A stretch of 64,000 bases of DNA from an uncultured Fidelibacterota bacterium. GTDB taxonomy: Bacteria > Fidelibacterota > Marinisomatia > Marinisomatales > UBA1611. Positions 39,066 to 48,871 of the stretch are shown here, in pieces. The first letter of the stretch is position 1, and each line of letters begins with the position of its first letter. The notes under the pieces were generated by a model, which saw nothing but the letters and a program-made list of their open reading frames with translations, ran no database searches and had not been told where the DNA came from. The position numbers and the translations under genes are program-made. Location: positions 9,808 to 73,807 of the forward strand of contig CAJWHW010000008.1 of NCBI GenBank assembly GCA_913040915.1, written 5' to 3'.

Positions 39066-41368
39066 TTATATAAAAACTTAGGATTAATCAAACTGGTTAA
39101 TGCCGGTAATGTTGCCAATGCTCCGAATAAACAAAATGATATTGACCCCATAACCAGTATACCAAAAATTTGAACGGGAACAAATACAGAGAATAATAAT
39201 GCAGAAAAACCAACCACAACGGATAGACCATTAAATAAAATACCTTTTCCTGAAATTTTCATTGTGTTGGCTATAGCTTCATCCAAAGAATCACCATCTT
39301 GGATATGGTCTCGTAAATGCCATAAAAAATGAACAGTATAATCCACTCCAACACCAACTAATATCCCAGTTAGCATTGATGTGGTCATGTTTAATGGAAT
39401 ATTCATGTACCCCATCAAACCAAACATCATAATAACAGATACCACCATTGGCAATGTTGCAAGTAACCCACCTGTTATCGAACGGAAAACTAACGTCATA
39501 ATAATTAAAATGATAAAGATAGAGAAACACAAACTGAATAATTGACCCTTTAAAACCATTCTCGTTAGGATACCCAATAGTGTTGCACCACCTGTTAATT
39601 TTATAGGCGATTCATCATAGAAATTCGCATTGATAAACTGTTCTGTATCATCAACAATTTCAGCAATAGTAATTGTTTGCACCTCCTTTAACCTCAAAAA
39701 AACCTGAGTAAATGACGGCTCTTCAATATCATCCAGCATTATATCAAAATCATCAGCTTCACTAGCAATGGAATATAAAAACATATATTGCACAATCAGG
39801 TCTCTGTCATCAGGAATAGTTTCAAATTTTGGATCGCCACCATGAAATCCTGAATTCATATTTTTGATCACATCCACAATGGAGAAAGATTTGGTGACAA
39901 TATCATGCGTAGTTTTAATATGGTCAGTGAGCATCTCAATATTTTGAAGTGTTTTAGGATTATAAATATCCCCTTCCACAAGAATATGAATTTGAGTGGA
40001 CCCACCAAACGCTTCACTGATTTTTGTATTAGCAATTCTTAATCTTGAATTCGGTGGAAAATAATGGTCAGGATTTGTATCAACTTTAAGATCATTGATC
40101 CCTAAGGAAAGCCAAAAACCTATGATCCCTAATAATGTCAATATCGGCACCTTAAATCTTGTAAATGCTCTTCCTAATACGACTAGAAATTTATTGATTT
40201 TTGATATACCTGATCTCTTTGTCAAATATGTGGGCCTCGGGACTAAGACTAACACGGATGGGATAAGAAAAACACTCAATAAAAAAGCTACTAGAATACC
40301 AAATGAAATTAACAAACTCATTTCTCTAACCCTTGGTAATGCACTTGATAAAAGGCTTAAAAAACTTATCATAGTTGTAAGCCCTGCTAAGAATATAGGA
40401 ACACCTAGTTTCCTAATTGTTTTCCGTAATATTTTACCACGATTTGCATCCGGTTCCATTATCGTGAATTCATAATAATGGGAAATTATATGAATTCCAT
40501 AATTGTTTGCTATAGCAATAAGCATAACTGGAATCATTGTACCGATAAATGCTACAGACATATCCATCAATCCCATAATCCCAAATGTCCAAAGGATTGA
40601 AAATCCAACTACAAAAAATGGTAGAAATACTCCGGTCCAACTTCGAAAAGAAATCATGAGAAGCAATAAACAGAGGCCAAGTGCTATGGGCGTGAATACA
40701 CGTAAATCCCGCTGCATATTCTCGATAACTGTTGCACGAGTAATTGGCAAGCTGGAAACGTAAAAGTTTTCAGGGCCACTAAATCGATTAACAAGTTCAA
40801 ATATCTTAGATCTGAACTCAAACTCATCATATTCAAAAGATGTGATAATTTGACCAATGAAACATAATGTTCTTAAATCTTCTGAAACCAGGTTTCCAAC
40901 CATTCTAGATTTTTTTATCCTTTTAAATAAGTTTTCCTGGTTTGCAGAGTCTCTAGGAATGTCAATTAATAGTGGTTCAATTTCGAAACCACCATCATCC
41001 GGTAAAATATGTTTCTGCGTAAAGATAGAAGTGACGTTCCCTAAAATATCAAAAGACTCCAATGAGTCCTGAAAAGAAGATAATTTTTCTAAAGTCTCAG
41101 GGATAAATAAGCTGTCAGATTCTACCGCTATGATAATAATATCACTTCCTGAGAACATTTCATCTACTTTTTCCATCGAATGAACGATCTCATGATCTCT
41201 AGGAAGCATGGATTTAACACTGGGGTCCATTTCCAAATCAAAGATTTTCCACCCAAGGATTATTGAAATTAATATTACTCCTGCAATGATTGATCGCGGG
41301 TAATGGGTATCAAAATCAAATAAATATCTAGAAAATTTTCTGAGATTCATAACATTAAAGACTAACAA
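39062..41368 (-). CDS. MMPL/RND family transporter (second copy; start may be the ATG at 41350)
   Basis: IANNYGIH, LAGLTT, GVGVDYTVH; two TM repeats. Confidence 0.9.
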   Translation of the reverse strand: MLVFNVMNLRKFSRYLFDFDTHYPRSIIAGVILISIILGWKIFDLEMDPSVKSMLPRDHEIVHSMEKVDEMFSGSDIIIIAVESDSLFIPETLEKLSSFQDSLESFDILGNVTSIFTQKHILPDDGGFEIEPLLIDIPRDSANQENLFKRIKKSRMVGNLVSEDLRTLCFIGQIITSFEYDEFEFRSKIFELVNRFSGPENFYVSSLPITRATVIENMQRDLRVFTPIALGLCLLLLMISFRSWTGVFLPFFVVGFSILWTFGIMGLMDMSVAFIGTMIPVMLIAIANNYGIHIISHYYEFTIMEPDANRGKILRKTIRKLGVPIFLAGLTTMISFLSLLSSALPRVREMSLLISFGILVAFLLSVFLIPSVLVLVPRPTYLTKRSGISKINKFLVVLGRAFTRFKVPILTLLGIIGFWLSLGINDLKVDTNPDHYFPPNSRLRIANTKISEAFGGSTQIHILVEGDIYNPKTLQNIEMLTDHIKTTHDIVTKSFSIVDVIKNMNSGFHGGDPKFETIPDDRDLIVQYMFLYSIASEADDFDIMLDDIEEPSFTQVFLRLKEVQTITIAEIVDDTEQFINANFYDESPIKLTGGATLLGILTRMVLKGQLFSLCFSIFIILIIMTLVFRSITGGLLATLPMVVSVIMMFGLMGYMNIPLNMTTSMLTGILVGVGVDYTVHFLWHLRDHIQDGDSLDEAIANTMKISGKGILFNGLSVVVGFSALLFSVFVPVQIFGILVMGSISFCLFGALATLPALTSLINPKFLYK

Positions 41369-41433
41369 TTTACACGATTAAAGAATGGAATGGAATTCGT
41401 TCTCTAAAAGAATCTCATTTTGTAATTTTTGTT

Positions 41434-42066
41434 ATGATTAAAGATCAAACTCATTTCGAAGCACCAATTATCTTGTTTGGAAATGGAGAAATACCAACAC
41501 ATGAAATTCCATTATTTCATTTAAAAAATGCCAAAACAATTTTATGTGCTGATGGAGGTACAATACAATTGGCCCAATTAGGTTTTTATCCAGATATAAT
41601 TTTAGGTGATTTGGATTCATATAAACAGTCACAATACCCTGTAGAAATCATTCAATTAAAAGATCAATCAAAAACAGATCTACAAAAGTGTTTGGATTGG
41701 TGCATTGAAAATGGTATTTCTAAACTATCATTGATTGGCTTTTCTGGCAAGGAAGATGATCATTGGATGTCTACCATCTGGGCATTGGCATCTTATTATG
41801 AAAAAATTGAATTAACCTATTACTCAAATTATTCTAAAATTCGATGTGTAAATGGTATACAGAAGTTTGATTCTATCGCAGGACAAATTATTTCTATCAT
41901 ACCTACAAAAGAAAAAATTAAAATATCGGTTTCTGGCCTAAAGTATATCATAAAAGAATCTGAATTATTACCACCTTCTTTCGGTATTCGAAACAAAGCA
42001 TTAGGAGATATATTTACTATTCATTCTTCAGGCCCCGTTTGGTTGTTCCAAAATCATAATACATGA
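41434..42066 (+). CDS. thiN: Thiamine diphosphokinase
   Basis: CADGG, GDLDS, DQSKTDLQK, GKEDDH, GLKY. Confidence 0.88.
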   Translation: MIKDQTHFEAPIILFGNGEIPTHEIPLFHLKNAKTILCADGGTIQLAQLGFYPDIILGDLDSYKQSQYPVEIIQLKDQSKTDLQKCLDWCIENGISKLSLIGFSGKEDDHWMSTIWALASYYEKIELTYYSNYSKIRCVNGIQKFDSIAGQIISIIPTKEKIKISVSGLKYIIKESELLPPSFGIRNKALGDIFTIHSSGPVWLFQNHNT

Positions 42067-43445
42067 ATCAATTCCATTTTATAGATTGGGCGATCCTGAT
42101 TGCATATATCTTAGGATTATTTTGGATTGGTATTTATAAATTAAAAGATCAATCTTATTCACAAGAAGTATTCATACTCAGTGGCAGAAAATTGAGTTTA
42201 GGTGGGTTTGTAGTCACGTTGGTTACCACCTGGTATGGTGCTATTCTAGGCATAGGTGAAAACACATATCTTTATGGTATCCAAACCTGGTTCATTTTTG
42301 CACTACCTTATTATATATTTTCTTTAGGATATGCTTTTTGGATTGCACCAAAAATACGACAGAGAAAAATGCTATCTATTCCAGATCATTTCAGAAATAA
42401 TTATGGTGAAAATGCCGGAATTCTTTCAGCCGCAATGATCGTTTTACTTGCTAGTCCTGCACCATATATTCTGAGTATGGGCCTTTTGGTTCAATTCGTA
42501 TTTGGAATTGCATTAAATATGGCTCTGCTTTTATCAACAATATTTAGTATAATCTATGTTTGGCATGGTGGATTCTCTGCTGTGGTGAAAACAGATAAAA
42601 TTCAATTTGTGCTTATGTTTGGTGGGTTTCTAGTACTCTTGGGTATTGCATGGTCTCAAATCGGGTCTCCAGTCATATTAGCAAAACAATTACCTGAAAT
42701 ACATATGGAACCAATGGGCGGCAATTCTTTTCAATATATTTTAGCCTGGTTTTTCATTGCTGCCTGGACATTTATTGATCCTGGTTTTTTTCAAAGGTGT
42801 GCAGCTTCCAGATCGCCTGAGACTGCGAGAAAAGGGTTACTTATTTCCATTGTATTTTGGGCTATATTTGATATCCTGACATTACTCAGTGGCTTATATG
42901 CTGTGGTTTTAATCCAAACAGAACAACCTATTTTATCATTCCCACTTTTGGGACAACAAATTTTGCCTATTGGTATATTTGGTTTATTTATAACAGGAAT
43001 ATTAGCAACCATTATGTCTACGGTTGATTCTCTAAGTTTGATTAGCGCTATTACAATTGGAAGAGATATTTTATGGCAAATTCAACGTCCGCAAGAGAAC
43101 AAGAATCCAGTTAAATTGATACGGAAAGGATTAATTATTATTGCATTTTTATCTCTTCTACTTACTCTTGCAATTCCTTCGGTAGTTGGTTTATTATACA
43201 CCATAGGTTCTATTTTGATTCCTGGGCTTATTCTACCTTTTTTATGGACAATTTTTCTTTCAGATTCTTTTTTAGATTCTAAGTTGGCCATAAGATGGAT
43301 TTTGTTCCCTGTGGCATTATCTATCTTTTGGCTTTTGATCTCAAAAGGTTTAGGTGTACCATGGTTTGGCTTAGAGCCTTTTTACCCAGGTATGATTCTA
43401 TCAATTGGGATGGGAATTTATTTATTAATAACTGAAACAGAATAA
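42063..43445 (+). CDS. Sodium:solute symporter family protein (thiamine/precursor uptake candidate)
   Basis: LSGRKL, TWYG, GGFSAVVKTD, FFQR, ATIMST.DS; overlaps thiN. Confidence 0.85.
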   Translation: MNQFHFIDWAILIAYILGLFWIGIYKLKDQSYSQEVFILSGRKLSLGGFVVTLVTTWYGAILGIGENTYLYGIQTWFIFALPYYIFSLGYAFWIAPKIRQRKMLSIPDHFRNNYGENAGILSAAMIVLLASPAPYILSMGLLVQFVFGIALNMALLLSTIFSIIYVWHGGFSAVVKTDKIQFVLMFGGFLVLLGIAWSQIGSPVILAKQLPEIHMEPMGGNSFQYILAWFFIAAWTFIDPGFFQRCAASRSPETARKGLLISIVFWAIFDILTLLSGLYAVVLIQTEQPILSFPLLGQQILPIGIFGLFITGILATIMSTVDSLSLISAITIGRDILWQIQRPQENKNPVKLIRKGLIIIAFLSLLLTLAIPSVVGLLYTIGSILIPGLILPFLWTIFLSDSFLDSKLAIRWILFPVALSIFWLLISKGLGVPWFGLEPFYPGMILSIGMGIYLLITETE

Positions 43446-43447
43446 AA

Positions 43448-43915
43448 ATGGCGATTGAAATTGAAAGGAAATATTTAGTTAGTGAAATTCCATTTCATTT
43501 AGCAAAGAAATCAATTAGAATTCGACAAGGCTATATTGTTAATGATCAAAACCAAGTTATTCGTGTTCGTGAAAAAGGAGATAAATATTTTCTAACAATT
43601 AAGGGAAACAATATTGGAATTTCACGCCTTGAATATGATTTTCCTATTTCAGAAATTGATGCTAAAGAATTGATAAAACACTTTTGTAAAACGGCACTTA
43701 TCGACAAAAAAAGGTATTATATTGACTATAAGGGTCACACTTGGGAGGTGGATGAGTTTTATGGTAATAATAAAGGACTCATCGTTGCTGAAATTGAATT
43801 AGAAAATGAAGATGAAAAATTTCATGTCCCGGAGTGGGCCATTGCAGAAGTCACTTCAGATGAGCGTTATTTTAATATGAACCTTGCTACGAATCCTTTT
43901 AAAGATTGGAAATGA
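43448..43915 (+). CDS. CYTH (triphosphate tunnel) domain protein
   Basis: EIERKYLV, IRVR, LTIKG, WEVDEF, AEIEL, EVT.D.RY.N. Confidence 0.9.
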   Translation: MAIEIERKYLVSEIPFHLAKKSIRIRQGYIVNDQNQVIRVREKGDKYFLTIKGNNIGISRLEYDFPISEIDAKELIKHFCKTALIDKKRYYIDYKGHTWEVDEFYGNNKGLIVAEIELENEDEKFHVPEWAIAEVTSDERYFNMNLATNPFKDWK

Positions 43916-43954
43916 AAAAATCTCCAAACAGGGTTTCATTGAATCAATGATGTA

Positions 43955-44974
43955 TTATTCCATGTCTGAAGAATATGCCCCTGATGTAGCTAGGCTATTC
44001 AGTTTAGCTCGTTTGTAAAATGCTTCTTGCGCTGCAGGAACATTATCAGCATTCCCTCCCCAAGTTTTAAGTGCAGGTGCTTGTAGTGCTCTACCATATG
44101 AATACGTCAAATTCCAAGGATTATTATTATTCAATATTTGGTTCATTGAATTTAAATGTGCTGTAGCATCTTCATCACTCTGTCCACCGGATAAAAAGGC
44201 AATCCCTGGGACAGCCGCAGGTACACATCGTTTTAGTACAGTCACTGTCAATTCAGCTACTTTTTCCACAGTAGCTTGATCAGAGCACTCGTAGCCAGAA
44301 AGAACCATATTGGGTTTTAAGACCATGCCTTCCAATTCAACATTTTGGCCATATAATTCATTAAATACAGTATGTAGTACTTTTTCTGTTGCCACAAAAC
44401 TATCATTAATAGTATGAGAGCCATCCATGAGTATTTCAGGCTCTACGATTGGAACTAATCCATATTCCTGACAAAGAGCTGCGTACCTTGCCAAAGCATG
44501 AGCATTTGCCGTAATACAGGTTATACTGGGTTCTGATTCACCAATGGTAATCACTGCACGCCATTTTGCAAAGCGAGCACCTAGTTCATAATATTTTTTC
44601 AATCGATCTCCCAGTCCATCTAATCCAGCAGTTATTTTTTCTCCATAAGTGCCAGCTAGTGCGTGAGCACCTTTATCAACTTTAATTCCGGGAACTACAC
44701 CAAGATTTGTTAAATATTCGGGGTAAGGTTCATCATCTTTTAGCGTTGATTGATGGAGCGTTTCATCAAATAAAATCACACCACTAATAAATTCTTCCAT
44801 ACCAGGGGTTGTAAAAAGCATATCACGATAAGCATTACGATTTATTTCAGTACTTTCAACACCGATCGAATCAAATCGTTTAGTACAAGTTGGTGTACTT
44901 TCGTCAGCAGCCAATATACCACGGCCCTTTTCCACCATTGTGTTTGCAATTTCTGTTAAACTATTCCAACTCAT
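43955..44974 (-). CDS. fba: Fructose-bisphosphate aldolase class I
   Basis: GILAADES, GIKVDKG, FAKWR, PIVEPE, LKPNMV, FLSGGQS, SYGRALQ. Start moved to the ATG at 44974 (SD GGAG). Confidence 0.93.
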   Translation of the reverse strand: MSWNSLTEIANTMVEKGRGILAADESTPTCTKRFDSIGVESTEINRNAYRDMLFTTPGMEEFISGVILFDETLHQSTLKDDEPYPEYLTNLGVVPGIKVDKGAHALAGTYGEKITAGLDGLGDRLKKYYELGARFAKWRAVITIGESEPSITCITANAHALARYAALCQEYGLVPIVEPEILMDGSHTINDSFVATEKVLHTVFNELYGQNVELEGMVLKPNMVLSGYECSDQATVEKVAELTVTVLKRCVPAAVPGIAFLSGGQSDEDATAHLNSMNQILNNNNPWNLTYSYGRALQAPALKTWGGNADNVPAAQEAFYKRAKLNSLATSGAYSSDME

Positions 44975-44996
44975 TTTTTTCTCCAATATAATTAAG

Positions 44997-46187
44997 TTAT
45001 TTTTGTCCAATTTCACGTAACATGGATTGATACCAATCCACTTCCATATTAAAAGGTTTACCACCTTTAATTCTTTCAAATTCAATTAAACGCATAGATT
45101 CATTGTGATCATCATCTAATCCTGCAACACCACTTTTCCCCTCTATAGCCTGTTCTGCACCAAAAAAGGAAGACTTTTTTATTAAATCTAGATCTATTTG
45201 ATTAGGTTTTGCCGATCGGGCAAAATAACCACTTTTTTGTACAAGTGTCTTTTCTGCTTCCAAGGCACCTGAAAATTGTTTTGCAAACCATTGCCCAGGA
45301 TTTATTTCATCCAAACGGACATGACCAAATGCATCTCTAGGCACATTTTCACCATTTGCTTCCATCTCACGTACTATAGTTTCTAACCCTGCACCTTCAC
45401 TTAAAAAAATATTAACTCCATCTTTCTCATCCATTCGATTTTTCAACCGTATAACTTCAGATTGAAAATCAAAATCATCTTCGGGTATATATATTGCATC
45501 AATATCCCAACGTTTTTGATCAATTAACATTTCAGGTAAACTAGGTTTATTATGAAGTGTCTGGCGATAATCAAAAGCAGTTTGTGCTGTTAACCATCCA
45601 CAATTTCGTCCCATCACTTCATGAATGATAAGTTGTCTTGTACTGGTTGTATTTTCATTTGCAATATTTTCAAAAAATACAGCCCCTTGCTCTGCTGCAG
45701 TTCCAGCACCTAAAGTTTTGGTAATTGGGAACACATCATTATCCACTGTTTTTGGTAGGCCAACCACCGTCAAATCATATCCATTTTCTTTCAAGAAAAA
45801 GGATAACTGGGCTGCCATTGTATTTGTATCATCTCCGCCGATAGTATGTAGTATATTTATTTCATCATTAACGAGTTGATCTGCTGCAACTTTTAACGGA
45901 TTCTCTCCTTCCTGCACCAAACCACGTTTGATACAGTCTTCTACATTAGTCAATTTTACTCTACTGTTTCCAATTGGTGAACCGCCATACTGATAAAGTA
46001 CTTCGTATTTCTGTTTTACGGAGTCGGGTATTAAAATGGACTTACCCAATAACAGTCCCTGATATCCATTTAAATAGCCCACTAATTTGGCATCCGAATC
46101 GAGATCATTATATTTTTGAATAAGTGCTCCAATGGCAGCAGAAAGACAGGGTGCAATTCCTCCAGCCGTTAAAAATGCAATTTTCAT
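44997..46187 (-). CDS. pfp: Pyrophosphate-dependent phosphofructokinase
   Basis: GGDD and PKTVDND motifs (Asp/Lys pair diagnostic of PPi use), MGR. Confidence 0.9.
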   Translation of the reverse strand: MKIAFLTAGGIAPCLSAAIGALIQKYNDLDSDAKLVGYLNGYQGLLLGKSILIPDSVKQKYEVLYQYGGSPIGNSRVKLTNVEDCIKRGLVQEGENPLKVAADQLVNDEINILHTIGGDDTNTMAAQLSFFLKENGYDLTVVGLPKTVDNDVFPITKTLGAGTAAEQGAVFFENIANENTTSTRQLIIHEVMGRNCGWLTAQTAFDYRQTLHNKPSLPEMLIDQKRWDIDAIYIPEDDFDFQSEVIRLKNRMDEKDGVNIFLSEGAGLETIVREMEANGENVPRDAFGHVRLDEINPGQWFAKQFSGALEAEKTLVQKSGYFARSAKPNQIDLDLIKKSSFFGAEQAIEGKSGVAGLDDDHNESMRLIEFERIKGGKPFNMEVDWYQSMLREIGQK

Positions 46188-46292
46188 GTAATCTTTATTA
46201 TAATATTAAGATATAATATTGAATTTAATTAAAAATTTTCTTTTTGAATTATTTTTATCAATGCATATTCTGTTAGTCAAATTAATTATTAT

Positions 46293-47708
46293 ATGTTAAA
46301 ACAATTAGAATTAGAACTAATCCAGGATATTCATAAAAAAATCGAATCTTTATTGATTGATTCTAATAGAAAAGTGAATCCAGCTTCATCTGTCGAGATT
46401 TTGGAAAAAGAAATTGATATCTTTTTAGGCCAATCTTCTGAACTGGATGAGATAAGAAATCTTATAGATCAATATCTCTATCATTCTGTAAACACAGGGA
46501 ATCCTAATTTTTATAATCAGTTATTTTCTGGGTTTACACCCACAGGGTATTTGGGTGAACTAATCACAGCAATTACAAATAGTTCCATGTATACCTTTGA
46601 GATGAGTCCTGTTTCTACATTAATTGAGAATGAGTTAATCAATAAAATGTGTAGTTATGTTGGTTATAAAAATGGGTTTGGGACCTTTGTCACAGGCGGG
46701 AGCAATGGAAATTTAGTCGGTATGCTCGCAGGCCTTTTTTCCCATAGCCCCGAGTCTAAGCTTAATGGACTTTCATCTGAAAAAAAATTCACTGCTTTTG
46801 TATCTGACGAGTCTCATTATTCATTTATGAAAGCAGGACATCAATTGGGAATTGGAACCAATCAAATACGTAGAGTTCCCTGTGATAGCAACGGAAGAAT
46901 GGATATCCAACAATTAATAAACCTAATTCAATTATCTATCGAGGCAGATGAAAAGCCCTTTTTCGTTGGAGCCACTGCTGGAACAACCGTCCGGGGGGCC
47001 TTTGATCCAATTGGAGAAATAGCTGATGTATGTAAATCTTTTGGTTTGTGGTTTCATATAGATGGATCATGGGGCGGATCTGTATTACTTTCTTCAAAAC
47101 ATAAAAATTTGATTGATGGGTCGAAGTATTCAGATTCATTTACGTGGTGTGCACATAAAATGATGGGGATGCCATTAGTATGTACAGTATCATTATTTAA
47201 TGATAAAGACATTTTATTAAAAATCAATGATGTTAAAGGTACAGATTATTTATTTCATAGTAAAGATCATCAAGAATTGGATTTAGGTCTATATTCTTTA
47301 CAATGCGGTCGAAGAGTGGATGTACTGAAATTATGGCTTACATGGAAATACTTTGGTGATAATGGTTACGAAGAACGGATTAATCATTTATTTAATATGG
47401 CTAAATATGCATCATATAAAGTGGAAACCAGTGCAAATCTTAGACTTCTTTCACCTACAATTTCATTAAATATATGTTTTCAAGTGCAAACTGAACGGGT
47501 TAAGCAAAAACAGTGGAATGAGCTTACAATTTCCGTTAGGGAATCCTTATGTAAAGATGGGGATGTAATGGTTAACTACGCAGAGATTGGGAATAAGTTC
47601 TGTATTAGACTTGTAACGGTTAATTTCGATCTAACTGAAAAACATTTAGACTTTTTCTTTAATAAAGTTGAAGAAATGATTGATAAAGAAATTCCAAATT
47701 TTTCATGA
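46293..47708 (+). CDS. Group II PLP-dependent decarboxylase with CSAD/ADC-type specificity motif
   Basis: NQLFSG...NSSMYTFE, SHYS, ATAGTT, HIDGSWGG, AHK (PLP Lys), QCGRR. Confidence 0.85.
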   Translation: MLKQLELELIQDIHKKIESLLIDSNRKVNPASSVEILEKEIDIFLGQSSELDEIRNLIDQYLYHSVNTGNPNFYNQLFSGFTPTGYLGELITAITNSSMYTFEMSPVSTLIENELINKMCSYVGYKNGFGTFVTGGSNGNLVGMLAGLFSHSPESKLNGLSSEKKFTAFVSDESHYSFMKAGHQLGIGTNQIRRVPCDSNGRMDIQQLINLIQLSIEADEKPFFVGATAGTTVRGAFDPIGEIADVCKSFGLWFHIDGSWGGSVLLSSKHKNLIDGSKYSDSFTWCAHKMMGMPLVCTVSLFNDKDILLKINDVKGTDYLFHSKDHQELDLGLYSLQCGRRVDVLKLWLTWKYFGDNGYEERINHLFNMAKYASYKVETSANLRLLSPTISLNICFQVQTERVKQKQWNELTISVRESLCKDGDVMVNYAEIGNKFCIRLVTVNFDLTEKHLDFFFNKVEEMIDKEIPNFS

Positions 47709-48871
47709 TAAAAAATTCTTTTTTTGCAGATGAAAAATCTGTTGTCTTTCTATTTATTAATGGACCGCATCATGTCTATCATGCTATCATACCAGCTTTG
47801 ACATTTGCAAAAAATAATCCAGATTTAAGAACAATCATAGTAAGCGGAAATAGAATAAACTTAAACATAATTACTTATTATCACCTAAGAATGGGAGAAC
47901 CGAAATGCGAAATCGTTAGCTTGCCCTTACCCTGGCGATATAAAATCCTAAATTATAAGAATAAGTTGTATCGTCATCCATCTAGGCAGTGGGAAAAAAT
48001 TCACCCTTTCTTAAAAGAATCTTTGGCTGTGGTATCTACTTCACATGACGCACCCCATTATTTTGCAAAATATAAGATAACTAAACCAAAACTCTTTTAT
48101 TTATTCCATGGAACAGGTACACGTGAATATGGATTTGAATTAAATTTAAACCAATTTGATTTATTAATGATTCCGGGTCCTTACCATAAAAAAAGGCTTA
48201 ACAAAGATGCCAGTATATCTAAATCCAAACTAATACAAGTCGGATATACAAAAAATGATACTTTCCAATACTCTGACTTTAAAGAACAAAAATTATTTCC
48301 AAAAAATCAAACTACATTTTATTACAATCCCCATTGGGATGTAGAACTATCATCTTTACCAAAATGGGGAAGATATATTCTGGATTATTTTAAAAACCAT
48401 TCTCAATTTAATTTAATTTTTGCGCCACATCCTTTAGTAAAACATTACAATACAAAATATAATTTGGATCTCAATTATTCTTCTTTTACATCTGATAACA
48501 TTTTAATTGATTTTGATAGTCAAAAAAACATGAATGGATTTTATTGTATTCATGCTGACATTTATCTAGGAGATGTAAGCAGTATGCTGTTTGAATGGAT
48601 CAATTATAAACCTCGTCCCTGTATATTCATAAATACAAATAATATTGAATGGGAAAATGATGAAAATTATTCAAATTGGAGAATTGGACATGTAATCAAT
48701 TCCTTGGATGAGTTTAATGATATAATCGGAATTGCAATTGGATCAAAAACAAAATTCGCTGAACAAATTTCTTATAAAAATAAAATGATTTACAAAGGGG
48801 TAAAATCACCATCCGAAATTGCAGCAAATGCCATTACATCTGCTGTTTATGAACCAAATATTATACCTTGA
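47705..48871 (+). CDS. CDP-glycerol glycerophosphotransferase (TagF/TagB-like) family protein
   Basis: FHG, GY.K.D, YNPHW, APHP, GDVSSMLFEW...RPCIF. Confidence 0.65.
   Translation: MIKNSFFADEKSVVFLFINGPHHVYHAIIPALTFAKNNPDLRTIIVSGNRINLNIITYYHLRMGEPKCEIVSLPLPWRYKILNYKNKLYRHPSRQWEKIHPFLKESLAVVSTSHDAPHYFAKYKITKPKLFYLFHGTGTREYGFELNLNQFDLLMIPGPYHKKRLNKDASISKSKLIQVGYTKNDTFQYSDFKEQKLFPKNQTTFYYNPHWDVELSSLPKWGRYILDYFKNHSQFNLIFAPHPLVKHYNTKYNLDLNYSSFTSDNILIDFDSQKNMNGFYCIHADIYLGDVSSMLFEWINYKPRPCIFINTNNIEWENDENYSNWRIGHVINSLDEFNDIIGIAIGSKTKFAEQISYKNKMIYKGVKSPSEIAANAITSAVYEPNIIP

Noticed and set aside
41369..41433. TPP riboswitch upstream of thiN
   Set aside because: The gap is short and has no CUGAGA/ACCUG core
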